From assembly GCA_001275005.1 (NCBI GenBank), contig JWZX01002902.1, positions 1 to 40,390 on the forward strand: DNA of 40,390 bases. Reading direction: 5' to 3'. Positions 1 to 10,913 of the stretch are shown here, in pieces. The DNA is from Chrysochromulina tobinii (taxonomy: Eukaryota). Position 1 is the first letter of the stretch. Each line of letters begins with the position of its first letter. The position numbers and the translations under genes are program-made. Below the pieces are notes generated by a model that was not told the origin of the DNA, did not search any database, and saw only the letters and a program-made list of their open reading frames with translations.

Positions 1-2
1 CG

Positions 3-57
<55 letters not shown>

Positions 58-320
58 CGCCGCCGCCGCTGACTTTGGGGAGCGGTAGCACGGCCGACAT
101 CTCTGGGCCCAAATTCAAAGGCGATAGCGGGGCCTCGGCCGTGGTGGTGGTGGCCTTCTTCATCCCTCTGCTCGTCTTCCTTGCGTTCTACGTCCGAACG
201 CGGAGGGGCCGCCAGGCTGTTGCCCTCAATGAGGTTCAGGTCATGCCAACCATGAAGACGAGAACAAACGGCGGAGGCGGCAAGAGTGACGCACCCGTTG
301 ATGATGAAGAGGGCTTGTGA
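3..320 (+). CDS. 3' end of a Pro-rich single-pass membrane protein (5' partial)
   Basis: (CCG)n poly-Pro run in frame with ORF 75..320; hydrophobic TM (AVVVVAFFIPLLVFLAFYV) followed by a basic stop-transfer (RTRRGR); TGA at 318-320. Confidence 0.65.
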
Positions 321-663
321 GTCCGCCGCGTAGGGGCGCGTGCAGGGTCGTTCGGTGGACGATGTCGGATTGCCGGGACCAACTCGAGTTCTCGACGTCA
401 GTCGTACACACGGTACTCTTCGCAAGTACACTACCGGGCGTCCCCCGTCTTTTACCCGACCTACGAAGCTACATGCGTCATGCCAATGTAAACGAGATAC
501 TACCTACTTGTTCTCGTAGATCTTGTACTAGCGAACTCTCTAGCAGCCGCGGGCGGGCAAAAGTTATCATAACGAGCCACGAAAACCGGAACCTTACGGC
601 GGTCCTTCCGGCACGCTTAACACGCTACACGGCAAGTGTGCCCCGCCCGCGGCCAGAGAGCGG

Positions 664-761
664 TAACCGACCCTCCGTACACGCTTATGATGCCTGGGGG
701 TGTCCCCCTCGCCACGTGTGCGCTGCCTGTTGGCATGTTTTACTTACTTACTTACTTACTT
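664..761 (+). mobile_element. 5'-truncated non-LTR retroelement/SINE-like 3' end with (TACT)n tail
   Basis: ~98 bp ending in TTTACTTACTTACTTACTTACTT; flanked by near-identical direct repeats GCGGCCAGAGAGCGG (649-663) and GCGGCCAGAAGAGCGG (762-777), consistent with a target-site duplication with one indel. Confidence 0.6.
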
Positions 762-1363
762 GCGGCCAGAAGAGCGGAGAAGTGCGTCTTGACTAATTGA
801 CTACGCTTTGCTCTTCATTTAATGTTTTAAATACAACTCAGAGATATAACTCAGATACAACTTGAACTTCTCCGTAGTCGGTGTCGGAAGTCTAAAATGT
901 ATCCAGGACGATCCGCGGGTCCGTAACGTGGGCGGTGTCACCTTTGCGCTTTGGCTTTCCGCTGAGCGCTGTTCGTTCTCGTCGCCGATCTGATGGTTAC
1001 TCTCGATTTCGCATGTCATTTCGGCGGTTAAAACATTGCGGGACGGTCCCCAAGTTTTTATCTTAGTATCCGCACACACACATTGTGTGTGCTGACACAC
1101 CACACCGCAGGCGTCGTGTCCGTGACGGCATGCGTGACGGCCCGCGACCGCCGCAAATGACCGATGGCCCTCTCTGATCTCCCTGGCGCTCTCGCCCTCG
1201 ACGTACTCTCCCATGCCTTACTCTCTGACCTTCCTCTCTGTGCGCACAACAGCGCACAATACATGGCCGCACACACGGGGGGAGGGGGGCAATCACCACG
1301 AAATGCGAGTTCGTGCCGCGGACGCACAGAGCGGTGGCGAATCCCGACCGTCTTGAAATTCGA

Positions 1364-3757
1364 TCAGAGCTTGGAGAACGGCACTGAACCCGCAAGGGCG
1401 CCGGCACTATCGCGGCCGCTGGCGCCGCTGGAGCCCTTCTTCAAGTGGACCTGATCCACGGCCGCACCCGGCTGCACCGCCCGGCGCTGGACGGGCAAAT
1501 TCTCGGGGCGGTGCTCGTAGGAGCCGATGTCGAGCCACTCGGGGTTTTGGCACATCCAGCGGATGGTCTTGCGCAGCGACTCCCAAAAGGTGAGGGGCAG
1601 CGCAAAGCCGAGCGCGCGCAGCTTGTCGCCGTCGAGCGCGTACCTCAAGTCGTGCCCCGGCCGCTGCGTCGGGTTGTCGTGCATCTTGTACTTGAGCTCC
1701 TTGCCGAGCTCTTGAGCGACGAATTGGGCCACTTCGAGATTGTTGAGCTCGATCTCGCCCTGCACATTGTACTTCTCGCCGTGCGATCCGTGCTCGAGGA
1801 CGAAGAGTACCGACGCGGCGATGTTGCGTGCGTGGATGTACCAGCGCGAGCCCGGTTTGGTCGCACCCTTGTACGCGTGGATGGTGATCTCCTCGCCCTT
1901 CATGATCTTGTTGATGCACAGGGGGATGAACTTTTCGGGGTGCTGGCGCTCGCCGAAGGCGTTCATCACGTTCATCACCATGAGCGGCACGCCGTACGTG
2001 TTGTAGTAGCTGTGGCAGATCATCTCGGCCGCCGACTTGGAGGCGGAGTATGGGTTGGACGGGCGGTGGGCATCCCCCTCCTTGAAGGCCTCGCCCTCGG
2101 CCGCGCTGCCGTATACCTCGTCCGTCGAAAAGTAGACAAAGTGCTTCAGGTTGGGCAGGCGGCGCGAGAACTCGAGCAAGTGGAGGGTGGACTTGATGTT
2201 GTTCTCCACAAAGGGCACCGGTGTGTCGATCGAGTTATCCACGTGCGTCTCGGCCGCAATGTGCAGGATCACCTCGATCTGCGGCGCGTCCATCTCGTAG
2301 AACAGTCCGGGAGGGAGCTCGTTGGAGAGGTCGAAGCAGAAGATCTCGATCAGATGGAAGATGCCGGTGGAGCGAAGCCGATCGAAGCCCTTGGAAGCGT
2401 ACGAGAGCTTATCGAGCACCACCAGCTGGTAGTCGGTGTTCCGCGCGAAGTGCTCGACTACGTGGTGGCCGATGAAGCCGCAGCCCCCTGTGATCAGACA
2501 CTTCTTATTCCGGCGCTTGAGCGGGATGCTCGGGGTTCGGAGAGCGCTCTCGGCGGCGATGGCGGCCGAGAAGGTCTTGATCGCGTCGACGATTCGCTCG
2601 CGGTCCGAGGCGCTCAGCCACCAGCCGACGGGCACGCACGCCACCTCGCCCGCGAGAGTATTGAGCTGAGGCAACAGGGCGATGAAGCGCGCCACGGTCG
2701 AGTGGGTGTCGTTGCGCTGATGCACAGCGGAGGCGACGATGCCGCGGTCGCGCAGGTGCTTGTAGAAGCGGTCGCGCTCCCCGTCGAGGATGCGCAGCGT
2801 GTACAGCCAGTACGCCGAGCGCGTCCCCTCGGGCAGCGGTGCGAGCAGCTCCACCCCGGGCAGCTGCTGCAGGTGCGCGTCGAAGTACGCCGCGTTCTCG
2901 CGGCAGCGCGCCAGCAATCCATGAATGTGGGGAAAGTTGGCGAGGCCGATGGTGGCGTTGACGTCGTTCATGTGGAACTTGAAGCCGTACTCGGGGATGT
3001 CCGACTCCATTCGGAAGTCCGTGCCGGTTCCGGAGCGCCTCTCGCGGTCAATGCCAAACCAGCGGATGAGCTTACCGCGCTCGTAGAGCCGTTGGGTGGG
3101 CAGGAGCACCACGCCGCCGTCGACGGTGGTGACGTGCTTGATCGCCTGCAGCGAGTAGACGACCGTGTTCCCGTGCGTGCCCAGCTTGCGCCCGCCGTAC
3201 TCCGCGCCGAAGGCGTGCGCCGCGTCCTCGATGACGTGCGGCCGGAAGCCAAAGCGCCGGAAGCAAACCTCCTGGACGCGCGCGACGGCGTCGAGGTCGA
3301 TGGGCGAGCCGCCCCAGTGCACGATGATGATGACCTTGGTCGTAGGCGACAGCTTCCGCTCCAGGTCCAGCAGGCACATGTTGCACGTCTTCGGGTCGGC
3401 GTCCACCCACTTGATGCGCATCCGGTTGGCGAGGATTGGCCAGTTGGTGGCAGTGCAGGTGAGCGGGCAGGTGAGCACCTCGTCGACCTGCTCCGTCAGC
3501 CCGGGCCAGTCGCCATGGGGCTGTTGCAGCAGGTGCAACGCCAGGTGCAGGCCCGACGTCCCCGAGTTGACCGTGAGCACGCGCGGGTTGCCAAAGAAGC
3601 CGCGGAGCACTTCTTCAAACTCCTCGACCTTTTTGCCCTGCGTGATGTAGCCGCTGTGAAGCACGGAGAGCAGCGGCGCGTCGAGCTCGGCCGGTGGCGC
3701 CATGAACACCTTGAACAAGGGGATCAGCGGGAGCGCATCTGAGTTGGATTCCGCCAT
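1364..3757 (-). CDS. Bifunctional DegT/DnrJ/EryC1/StrS PLP sugar aminotransferase - NDP-glucose 4,6-dehydratase (RmlB-like) fusion, 797 aa, intronless
   Basis: N-half: IPLFKVFM, VNSGTSGLHLAL, VHWGG, IEDAAHA, SLQAIKHVTTVDGG (PLP Lys), GFKFHMND. C-half: ITGGCGFIG, DKLSYA, AAETHVDNS, STDEVYG, YSASK, QHPEKFIP, RPGHDLRY. Likely start MAESNS at 3757. Confidence 0.93.
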   Translation of the reverse strand: MAESNSDALPLIPLFKVFMAPPAELDAPLLSVLHSGYITQGKKVEEFEEVLRGFFGNPRVLTVNSGTSGLHLALHLLQQPHGDWPGLTEQVDEVLTCPLTCTATNWPILANRMRIKWVDADPKTCNMCLLDLERKLSPTTKVIIIVHWGGSPIDLDAVARVQEVCFRRFGFRPHVIEDAAHAFGAEYGGRKLGTHGNTVVYSLQAIKHVTTVDGGVVLLPTQRLYERGKLIRWFGIDRERRSGTGTDFRMESDIPEYGFKFHMNDVNATIGLANFPHIHGLLARCRENAAYFDAHLQQLPGVELLAPLPEGTRSAYWLYTLRILDGERDRFYKHLRDRGIVASAVHQRNDTHSTVARFIALLPQLNTLAGEVACVPVGWWLSASDRERIVDAIKTFSAAIAAESALRTPSIPLKRRNKKCLITGGCGFIGHHVVEHFARNTDYQLVVLDKLSYASKGFDRLRSTGIFHLIEIFCFDLSNELPPGLFYEMDAPQIEVILHIAAETHVDNSIDTPVPFVENNIKSTLHLLEFSRRLPNLKHFVYFSTDEVYGSAAEGEAFKEGDAHRPSNPYSASKSAAEMICHSYYNTYGVPLMVMNVMNAFGERQHPEKFIPLCINKIMKGEEITIHAYKGATKPGSRWYIHARNIAASVLFVLEHGSHGEKYNVQGEIELNNLEVAQFVAQELGKELKYKMHDNPTQRPGHDLRYALDGDKLRALGFALPLTFWESLRKTIRWMCQNPEWLDIGSYEHRPENLPVQRRAVQPGAAVDQVHLKKGSSGASGRDSAGALAGSVPFSKL

Positions 3758-4382
3758 GAGCGCGACGCAGTCTGTCGGCGGGCAGCGGCAAAGCGAATTC
3801 GCGGCCGTTTCTCGCCTCGCACGTCGCACACTCGTAAACTTGGTCGCGTTGGTTGATTGGCGGATCATCAAACTACACAAACGGCAGCCTGGTGAGCGCG
3901 ACATCCCGGTCCCTGCTAAAGCTAGACCAGGCTCTGAATCGCGGTGGGTGGGCGGGAACACATAACACTCCCAGAACTGATGCGCATCGATATTCGAAAG
4001 CGCCGACAGGAGACTGTCGGCACATTCTAGGAGCCTCCGGCGGAGACCGGCAATACTTCACTCGCCGAATAGAGCAACATCAGCCCGCGCGCGGGCGGCA
4101 TACGAACCGCATGACAGGGTGCCTATAAGGCTTTCCCCTGGGTATCCCCTTCCCCCCAAACGGCGGAGAGACCCCCCAATGGGTTCTCCCGCATCCCCCC
4201 CGTCTGGTTCCATGATGGATACCGTCCTGTAATCTGGCCCTTTCACGTTGGGTTCACAGCCGTGTAACTTTGGGCGTCACACGGCATTCACACCAACTTA
4301 TTCGACGAATTTGGGTACGGCCATTTTCAAGAACGACGCCTTCTCCTAGCGCTCCTGGACTTTGCCCACCTTGGACGCGCCT

Positions 4383-5819
4383 ATGACGAAGAAATCCTCC
4401 AAACACTCGCCCAAATCCTCGCCCAAGGAGCGACCACCCTCGCCAAGGCCTACGGTGATAGCCACGGCGGCTTCGCCCAGCAGGCCGGCTACACTTCCGT
4501 TTGGAGCCGGCGCCGCAGTCTTTACGGTACGCACGAGCCTCAAAGTGCGTGCCGGTGCCGAGCTCGACTCAGATCATTCGGGCGAGGTGCGGGCGGGCAC
4601 GCGCGTACACATCCTCGAGCAGCGAATGCTAGCAGATAGCACGTCTCGTTCTCGCCTGGTGCTCGAAGGCGAAAGGACAGCGCTCGGCTGGGTGAGCACC
4701 GTGAGCAAGACCGACGGCCAGAGCAATCTGCTCGAGGCACCGGCAGCTGTGCCATCCAAGGTCTTTCTCGCGCACGCCCCCGCCTCTGAGGCCTCCCACG
4801 CGAAGCCGACGTCCTCTGCGGCCGCCAGGCCGCCATTGCCTCCGCCACCTGTGCCTCCGCCACCAGTGCCTCCGCCACCAGTGCCTCCGGCTCCTAGCGC
4901 TGACGCCGCGGCCACATCGAAGCCAAAGCTGGGCGCGCGCGCGTCCACGACGCCGTGCCTGAAGCTCACGCACGCGCAGCCGAGCAACTCGACTGCCTCG
5001 CAGCGCGGCGATCCAGGCTCTCACCGTCCCGTGAATGTGAAAACCGTCCATGGGGTGAGCGGCGCGCTAGTTGTGGCGCCCATCGACACGAAGCGTGCGG
5101 CGGAGGACGAACGGCGGCGAGCGGCGTTGCGCATGATCGACTGGTCGATGTCCGAGAGCGCCGCCGTGAATCGAAATAAGATCCTGCTCACGCTGCCGCC
5201 GCCAACTGGGAGCGAGAGCAACCGAGCGGCAGTTACCGAGCGACAAGTAGCCGCTAAGAAGCTGGGCGACTTGGCGGCCCGCCTGGAGAACGCGCTACGG
5301 GAGGGGCTGGACACCGGCGTACCCGATGCCGTGCTCGAGCGCGGCATGATGCGCATCGCGGACCTCGAGCATGAGGCCGCCGAGCAGCGAAGGGCCGCGG
5401 AGGCCGCCGCCGCGACGCGTGCGGCGCTCGCGGCGACGCAGACGAAGAGCACGGCGGGTGGCTTCCGCGAAGGGTGCCTGGTGAAGCTGCACGGGCTGAC
5501 GGACAGCATCGGGCTGCAGCAGGGCGCGTTCGACGTGCCGATGGCAAAGTATAACGGTCGGATGGGTCGCGTCGTCGAGTACGCGCCGTCATGGCTCATG
5601 AAAGCCGGCGCCGATGGGCTTGCTGGTGAGTCCCCTGATGACCACTGATGACCGCTGATGACCACTGATGGCCTCTGGTGACCACTGATGAACACACGGA
5701 CTGGACTTGCAGGTGAGTCCCTCGTGGCGGTGCTGCTGGCTCCTCATGCCACCGATCGTGATCGAGCCAACGGCGTGTGGATCGCGGTGCCGCCTGCTAA
5801 CCTACAGCGATGTGAGTAA
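4383..5819 (+). CDS. Pro-rich protein with N-terminal SH3b-like domain and C-terminal algal 'VxLHGL...NGxxG...PxNL' beta domain; intron 5626-5712
   Basis: ORF 4362..5648; splicing GT(5626)..AG(5712) continues GESLVAVLLAPHATDRDRANGVWIAVPPANLQRCE* (TAA 5817-5819). LKVRAGAELDS...GTRVHILE...GWVS resembles an SH3b-type module. Confidence 0.65.
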
Positions 5820-6279
5820 AATCAATACATCCTCTTTGTCAGCAGACGTGAGAACGCCGAAGAGAGCCCTTGCAGAGAGCTCATCTCGCTCTTGTCTCGC
5901 CCTCGCCTTCTAGGCCTTAGGTCACTACGTGTCGAAGCTCGAACGGACAACTCGTCAACTCGACTAGAACCAGGACTGTATTAAATAGTTAAGTGTCAGT
6001 GCTTTGACCGATTGTACCACTGAGTATCGGGTCAATACTTAGTAGAAAAACTCTCTCACTCTCTCGATACGAGTAATTACTAGACCTAGCTTGAGCCTTG
6101 ACGTTTTTGTGTACCGACGTTAAAGCTTCAGAGGCACTGAGGCAGTTCCAAGCAGTTCCCCGCGGCGCCCGGCGGCTACTCGTGAGAGGAGTCACCCAGG
6201 TGCTTTCGGTCTTCGGAGAGGAGCCATACAGGATCAGGAGCCTCTGCCTGGTCGTGGTGCCTCTGCCTCTGCCTCTGCC

Positions 6280-7950
6280 TCACGCTCGACTCGGCAGCGG
6301 CGTGAGTTCTTCATTGCGTTCCTCATTGCGTTCCTCGGCCGTCTGTGCGTCGACGAGTCTCACGTGCCTCGTCGTCTGTTTTGCCGCTTGGGGTAAGAGG
6401 CGTACACGTCCCCTCTTGCCGTGGCTACTGCTGCTGCTGCTTCCACATTCCTCGGCATCGCCGCCGATCTCGTCGCTCGCAGGCGTCAAAGGCTGCGGCT
6501 GCGGCTGCGGCGTGGTGTCAATGTCCGGGCCGGCGACCGCATACCATACGGCAGCGCCCACGGTGAGTAGGCTGACGCTATACGCAGCCACAGCGAGGGA
6601 CGCCGTATCAGTCACAATCCCGACAACGAGCGGACCTATGAAGGTGCCCGCGTCGGAACACACCTTGTACAGGCCAATGAAACGGCTTCGCGCTCGAGCG
6701 GGCGCAGCGTCTTGACCGACCGTCTGCACCAACCCACTGCTCAGGCCGTTGCCGATCCCAAGCAGCGCACTCGCGAGCACCAGCATCCAAGCGCTCGAGG
6801 CGGCGCCTGCGAGCGCGAGGCCTGCAGCCAACAACAGCAGTGAGGGCACCCCAGCAGCCTTCCGCCCATACTTGTCCATGACGACGCCCGCGATCGGGAA
6901 CGTGATCGAATCGACGGCGAACGAGATCGAGGTGAGATAGCCCGTAAGCTCGACGCTCAGTTGCAGGGAATTCGCCTTGAGCGGCAGCAGCATACTGCGA
7001 CACACTCGAGCGAACGCAAAGGAGAAACCGATGGGCGCGACCGCCAGCAGCGGGAGAGTCCACGGCGGCAGAGAGCGCCGCAAGCGACGGTAGAGCCGAC
7101 TGGTCCAGCCGCTGCGCGCTCTGCCGCTGCCCTCCCCGAGGTCTCCACCGTCCGTGCTGCCATCCAATGTACTGCCGCCCGCCATGCTGCCGCCTTCGCG
7201 CTCAGATGCTGTCAGACTCTCTCGGTCCGATTGCATCTCAGTGCCAGAGCGCGTCTCCAGCTTAGAGGCGATCGGCGTAGACTCGTCATCGCTCACGCGC
7301 GGCATCGCGACCAGCAGCAGCAGCACGACGCACACGGCGATCGACGTCTGGCACTCAAACGCAGCCAGCGGTCCCGCCTTGGCGTACACCGCCGCTCCGC
7401 TTGCCGGACCGATGATCTGCGCGAGTCGCATGCATCCGCCGATGAGCGCGTTGGCTCGACCGCGCAGTCGCATGTTGACCGCGGCCGAGACGAACGAGTT
7501 GCGCGCGATTTGGAAGGTGCCCATGCCGACGCCCTCGCCAAACCAGCCGATGAAGAGGAAGTGGAGCGCCCACGCGTGCTGATCAGTTAGCTCATGAGCG
7601 GCGTCACCACCTCTTACATGAGTGCTGAGCCAAATGCCCAGCACGAGCGTGGAGTAGCTCAGCATGCGTACGATGGCTCCCAAGAGAATCCCACGCCGCT
7701 CGCCGATGCGGTCGATGAGCACGCCAGCGCATGCAGCCGTGCAAACAGACCCGAGCCCTTGCATCCCTATGATGGCGCCGACGGTGGAGGAGGACGCGCC
7801 GAGCTCATTTTTGGCATAGATTGGGAGCACGACCGCAACGAAAGACATTGCAGTGACAGCGGCGAAAGCTGTCACATAGATCGGCACGATCAGGTGGCGC
7901 AGGTCGCGCAAGGACGGCGGCTCGTCGCCCGATGGCACCGCCCTTGACAT
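6280..7950 (-). CDS. Major facilitator superfamily transporter (556 aa)
   Basis: Two bundles of ~6 TM helices separated by a hydrophilic loop; motif A twice (GVLIDRIGERRG, GVVMDKYGRKA); DAGTFIGPLVVG. Confidence 0.9.
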   Translation of the reverse strand: MSRAVPSGDEPPSLRDLRHLIVPIYVTAFAAVTAMSFVAVVLPIYAKNELGASSSTVGAIIGMQGLGSVCTAACAGVLIDRIGERRGILLGAIVRMLSYSTLVLGIWLSTHVRGGDAAHELTDQHAWALHFLFIGWFGEGVGMGTFQIARNSFVSAAVNMRLRGRANALIGGCMRLAQIIGPASGAAVYAKAGPLAAFECQTSIAVCVVLLLLVAMPRVSDDESTPIASKLETRSGTEMQSDRESLTASEREGGSMAGGSTLDGSTDGGDLGEGSGRARSGWTSRLYRRLRRSLPPWTLPLLAVAPIGFSFAFARVCRSMLLPLKANSLQLSVELTGYLTSISFAVDSITFPIAGVVMDKYGRKAAGVPSLLLLAAGLALAGAASSAWMLVLASALLGIGNGLSSGLVQTVGQDAAPARARSRFIGLYKVCSDAGTFIGPLVVGIVTDTASLAVAAYSVSLLTVGAAVWYAVAGPDIDTTPQPQPQPLTPASDEIGGDAEECGSSSSSSHGKRGRVRLLPQAAKQTTRHVRLVDAQTAEERNEERNEELTPLPSRA

Positions 7951-8168
7951 CGACGGGGCGGGTGTGTGAGCAAGGGGTCGGTTTCCTATCTGTTAGTAGG
8001 AAGTAGATACCGGTAAAAAGACACCGGGGGGAGCCCGGTAAGTGAGTCAATTATGTTATGTTCATACGGAACGGGGGTTAAATCGAGACCGGGTCCAATA
8101 TCGCGCGGAGACCCGGCGCGCCACGAGGGATCTTGCGCCGCCGCCCGCGCCCGTGGAGCTCATGGAAC

Positions 8169-9353
8169 CTATCTGAGGACATCAAGCCTGCCCGACCCGT
8201 CCTTCGCCGCGCCGGTGCCTCAGCACACAGTGATGACACAGGCCATCAGTAGCACTTACCTTCATGGTTGGGTCGAGGACCGATGCGTCCATCGCGTGCC
8301 TTCCACGTGCGCTCCCCCTTGGACTCCCAAATCTCGACGCCTAGGGCGTAGAGCTCCTGATGAGGAATGCAATCCGAGGCTCTCAGAGGAAATTAGAGGC
8401 CCTCGGAAGAACTAGAGGCACTCGATTGCACTCAGAGGCAATCCGAGGCACTCGGAGGAAATTCGAGGCAATTCGAGGCAATTCGAGGCAATTCGAGGCA
8501 ATTAGAGGCAATTAGAGGCACTCGGAGGAAATTCGAGGCAATTAGAGGCACTCGGAGGCACTCGATGGCGTATGAGGCACTCGGAGGCACGCTCACCTCG
8601 CGGATATCATCCGCCATGCGAAAGTCGCGTCGGACACGAGCCTTCTCCCGCTCCACAAGTTTGTCGAAGATGAACAGGTTCGTAGGCTCGCCGTCCGTCT
8701 CGGGCGGCGGCGGGGGCGGGCCCGGCGTCGGTGGCGGCTCGCCAGTCACACTCCGTGGCAGGCCCGGTCCTGAGTGGCCGGAACCCTTGCCCTTGCCTTT
8801 GCCGCCGCCACCCTTGCCGCCGCCGCCAGCATAGTCATCGTACCCATATCGCGGCGGCGGCGGCCCGTAGCCCATGCTGTGGCCGCCTCGATCATCGTAG
8901 CCGCCTCGATCATCGTAGCGCGGTGGTGGTACTCCTCCGTAACCCTTGCCGCCGCCGTAACCCTTGCCGCCGCCGTAACCCTTGCCGCCGCCGTCGAAAT
9001 AGCCACCACCGCCGCCATATCCGCCGCCATCGTAGCCACGCCGATCGTCGTACCGCCGATCATCAAAACCTGCGGCACTCCCGGGGCGTGCGGGTCAGAG
9101 ATCGGCAGCAAAGCTCTGCTCTCGTTTTCGAAGGGCGTGGGCACAGCTCACGTCGCTCGTCGTATCGATCGTCGTGTCGCCTGTCGTCGTATCGCCTGTC
9201 GTCGTATCGCCTATCATCGTAGCCTCCACCTCGCCGCTCGTCGTCCTGGCCGCGTCGGCGCTCCGGCGGCCCGTCCCTCCGCTCGGCTCTTCGGTCGGCT
9301 TCGCGGTCGTCGCGGTCGTCGCGGTCGTCGCGGTCCCTCTCGCGCTCGGCCAT
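8169..9353 (-). CDS. RD/RY/GY-rich low-complexity (probably RNA-binding) protein with C-terminal CysRS-anticodon-domain-like module; introns 9070-9151, 8357-8596 and one more near 8259 (3' end uncertain)
   Basis: MAERERDRDD..YDDRR repeats, spliced to GGGKGY repeats and poly-Pro, then KLVEREKARVRRDFRMADDIRE|ELYALGVEIWESKGERTW, matching the R..AR..DF..AD.IR..L...GV pattern of the CysRS C-terminus. Confidence 0.6.
8357..8596 (-). repeat. Intron filled with ~10-bp tandem repeats (sense TGCCTCGAAT/TGCCTCTAAT)
   Basis: GAGGCAATTC/GAGGCAATTA/GAGGCACTC arrays on +; GTGAGC donor and CCTCATCAG acceptor on the minus strand. Confidence 0.8.
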
Positions 9354-9560
9354 CTCGCGCTCGGCCAACTGGCGATCGCTCCAAGAGCGGCGGCGGCGCG
9401 CAGGCGGTCCGTGGGCAGGGAACAAGTTTGGACACGTCATCGCACGTCGAGCAATAGACCCACAACATGTACATGTACAAGTGTAACCTTGCCCCCCTCT
9501 CCTCTTTGTGTCGCATGGATCTTGAGGTTCGATCTCCCTCGCTGAGCTTCTTTCGGTGAT

Positions 9561-10724
9561 ATGGCGGCGCATTTCTGTGTGGGCAGCGGCGCGGCACAGC
9601 GTCGGAGTTGGCTATCGCCGGAGTTGAAGGCCAAGCTCGAGGCTGTTGTCGAACACATCGGCCAGCCGGGCAAGGGCATCTCCGCCTGCGATGAGAGCGC
9701 CCGCACGATCAATCCACGGTTCGAAAAGGTGGGCGTGGAGGCGAGCGAGGATCGGCGCCGTGCGTACCGCCAGATGCTTTTCGAGGCCGAGGGCGCCGAG
9801 CAGCTCGTTTCGGGCGCCATCCTCGATCCGGAGACCGTCTTCCAGAAGAGTGACAAGGGCGTGCCGCTGCCCAAGCTGCTCGCAGAACGTGGCATTCTGC
9901 CGGGTGTCAAGCCCTCGCTCCAGGTGTACAAGCTGCCTGGCTGTGACGGCGAGACAGTGATGCAGGGGCTCGACTCGCTCGCCGAGCGCCTGCGCGAGTA
10001 CCGCGAGGCCGGCTGCGTCTTCGCCAAGTGGCGCTCGCCACTCGACGTGGACGTGGCCGCGGGGAAGCCGTCGCAGCTGGCGATCGAGGCGAACATGCGA
10101 GACCAGGCACGGTACGCGCTCATCTGCCAGAGCGAGGGCATCGTGCCGATCGTCGAGCCCGATCTGGTCCTCGCGGGCACGCACACGCTCGAGGACGCTG
10201 TCGAGATCAACGTGCGCGTCCTCAACGCTCTCTTCAGCTCGATGGCCGAGCACGGTGTGCACCTCGAAGGGTGCATCCTCAAGGTGAACATGGTGAACGC
10301 GGGTAAGAATGGGCCGATCACGTACTCCGCCGAGGAGATCGCCGACGCCAACCTGCGCACGCTTCGGCGCACGCTCCCGGTCGCCGTTCGCACGGTCAAC
10401 TACCTGAGTGGAGGCCAGCCGCTGCCCGATGCATGCGCGCGTCTGGATGCGATCAACCGCCTCAAAACGCAGCGAGGAGGCGACCGATATGCGCCGTGGA
10501 ACCTATCGTACTCGTGGTCCGCGGCGATCCAGCTGCCGCTCTTTGAGCTCTGCCGGGACGGCGAGCTCGCGCGTGATGTGGCCACTGGCCTGCCGCTCAC
10601 CGCGATGGCGGCTCAATACGTGGCGAACCTCCGCATCGCCTCGGCCGCCGCAAAGGGCGAGCTGGCGGCCGCCCTGGTGCCCGACGTGCGCGAGACGACC
10701 GGGACCGCGCCTGCCCTTTCGTAG
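9561..10724 (+). CDS. FBA: Fructose-bisphosphate aldolase class I (divergent)
   Basis: GKGISACDES, RRAYRQML, AKWRS, ARYALICQSEGIVPIVEP, LKVNMV (Schiff-base Lys), YLSGGQ, PWNLSYS. Confidence 0.9.
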   Translation: MAAHFCVGSGAAQRRSWLSPELKAKLEAVVEHIGQPGKGISACDESARTINPRFEKVGVEASEDRRRAYRQMLFEAEGAEQLVSGAILDPETVFQKSDKGVPLPKLLAERGILPGVKPSLQVYKLPGCDGETVMQGLDSLAERLREYREAGCVFAKWRSPLDVDVAAGKPSQLAIEANMRDQARYALICQSEGIVPIVEPDLVLAGTHTLEDAVEINVRVLNALFSSMAEHGVHLEGCILKVNMVNAGKNGPITYSAEEIADANLRTLRRTLPVAVRTVNYLSGGQPLPDACARLDAINRLKTQRGGDRYAPWNLSYSWSAAIQLPLFELCRDGELARDVATGLPLTAMAAQYVANLRIASAAAKGELAAALVPDVRETTGTAPALS

Positions 10725-10913
10725 GCCCAGGGGATGAGTGTTGTTGGAGCCGCCGCTGCGCCCAAGAAGGAGCGTGAATACAGCGGCGGTGCGAACGCGC
10801 TCTGCGTTGGCATGGGGGCCCAGGGTGGCTGGCTGACCGGACGACGCGTCCCAGTGGTGCGCAGTGGTTGACTAGAATGTAATACTACTGTAGTACATTT
10901 ACAGCTACGTCGA

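Noticed and set aside
317..1454. Short ORFs in the intergenic region
   Set aside because: No coding-like codon bias or motifs; they overlap a retroelement fragment and AT-richer DNA.
1445..3742. 765-aa ORF on + strand opposite the DegT-RmlB fusion
   Set aside because: In-register antisense shadow caused by strong GC3 bias; no motifs. The same applies to 26272..27369, 23755..24663, 9612..10262 and similar ORFs.
4114..4245. Possible MITE between divergent genes
   Set aside because: The putative terminal inverted repeats match poorly and no TSD is evident.
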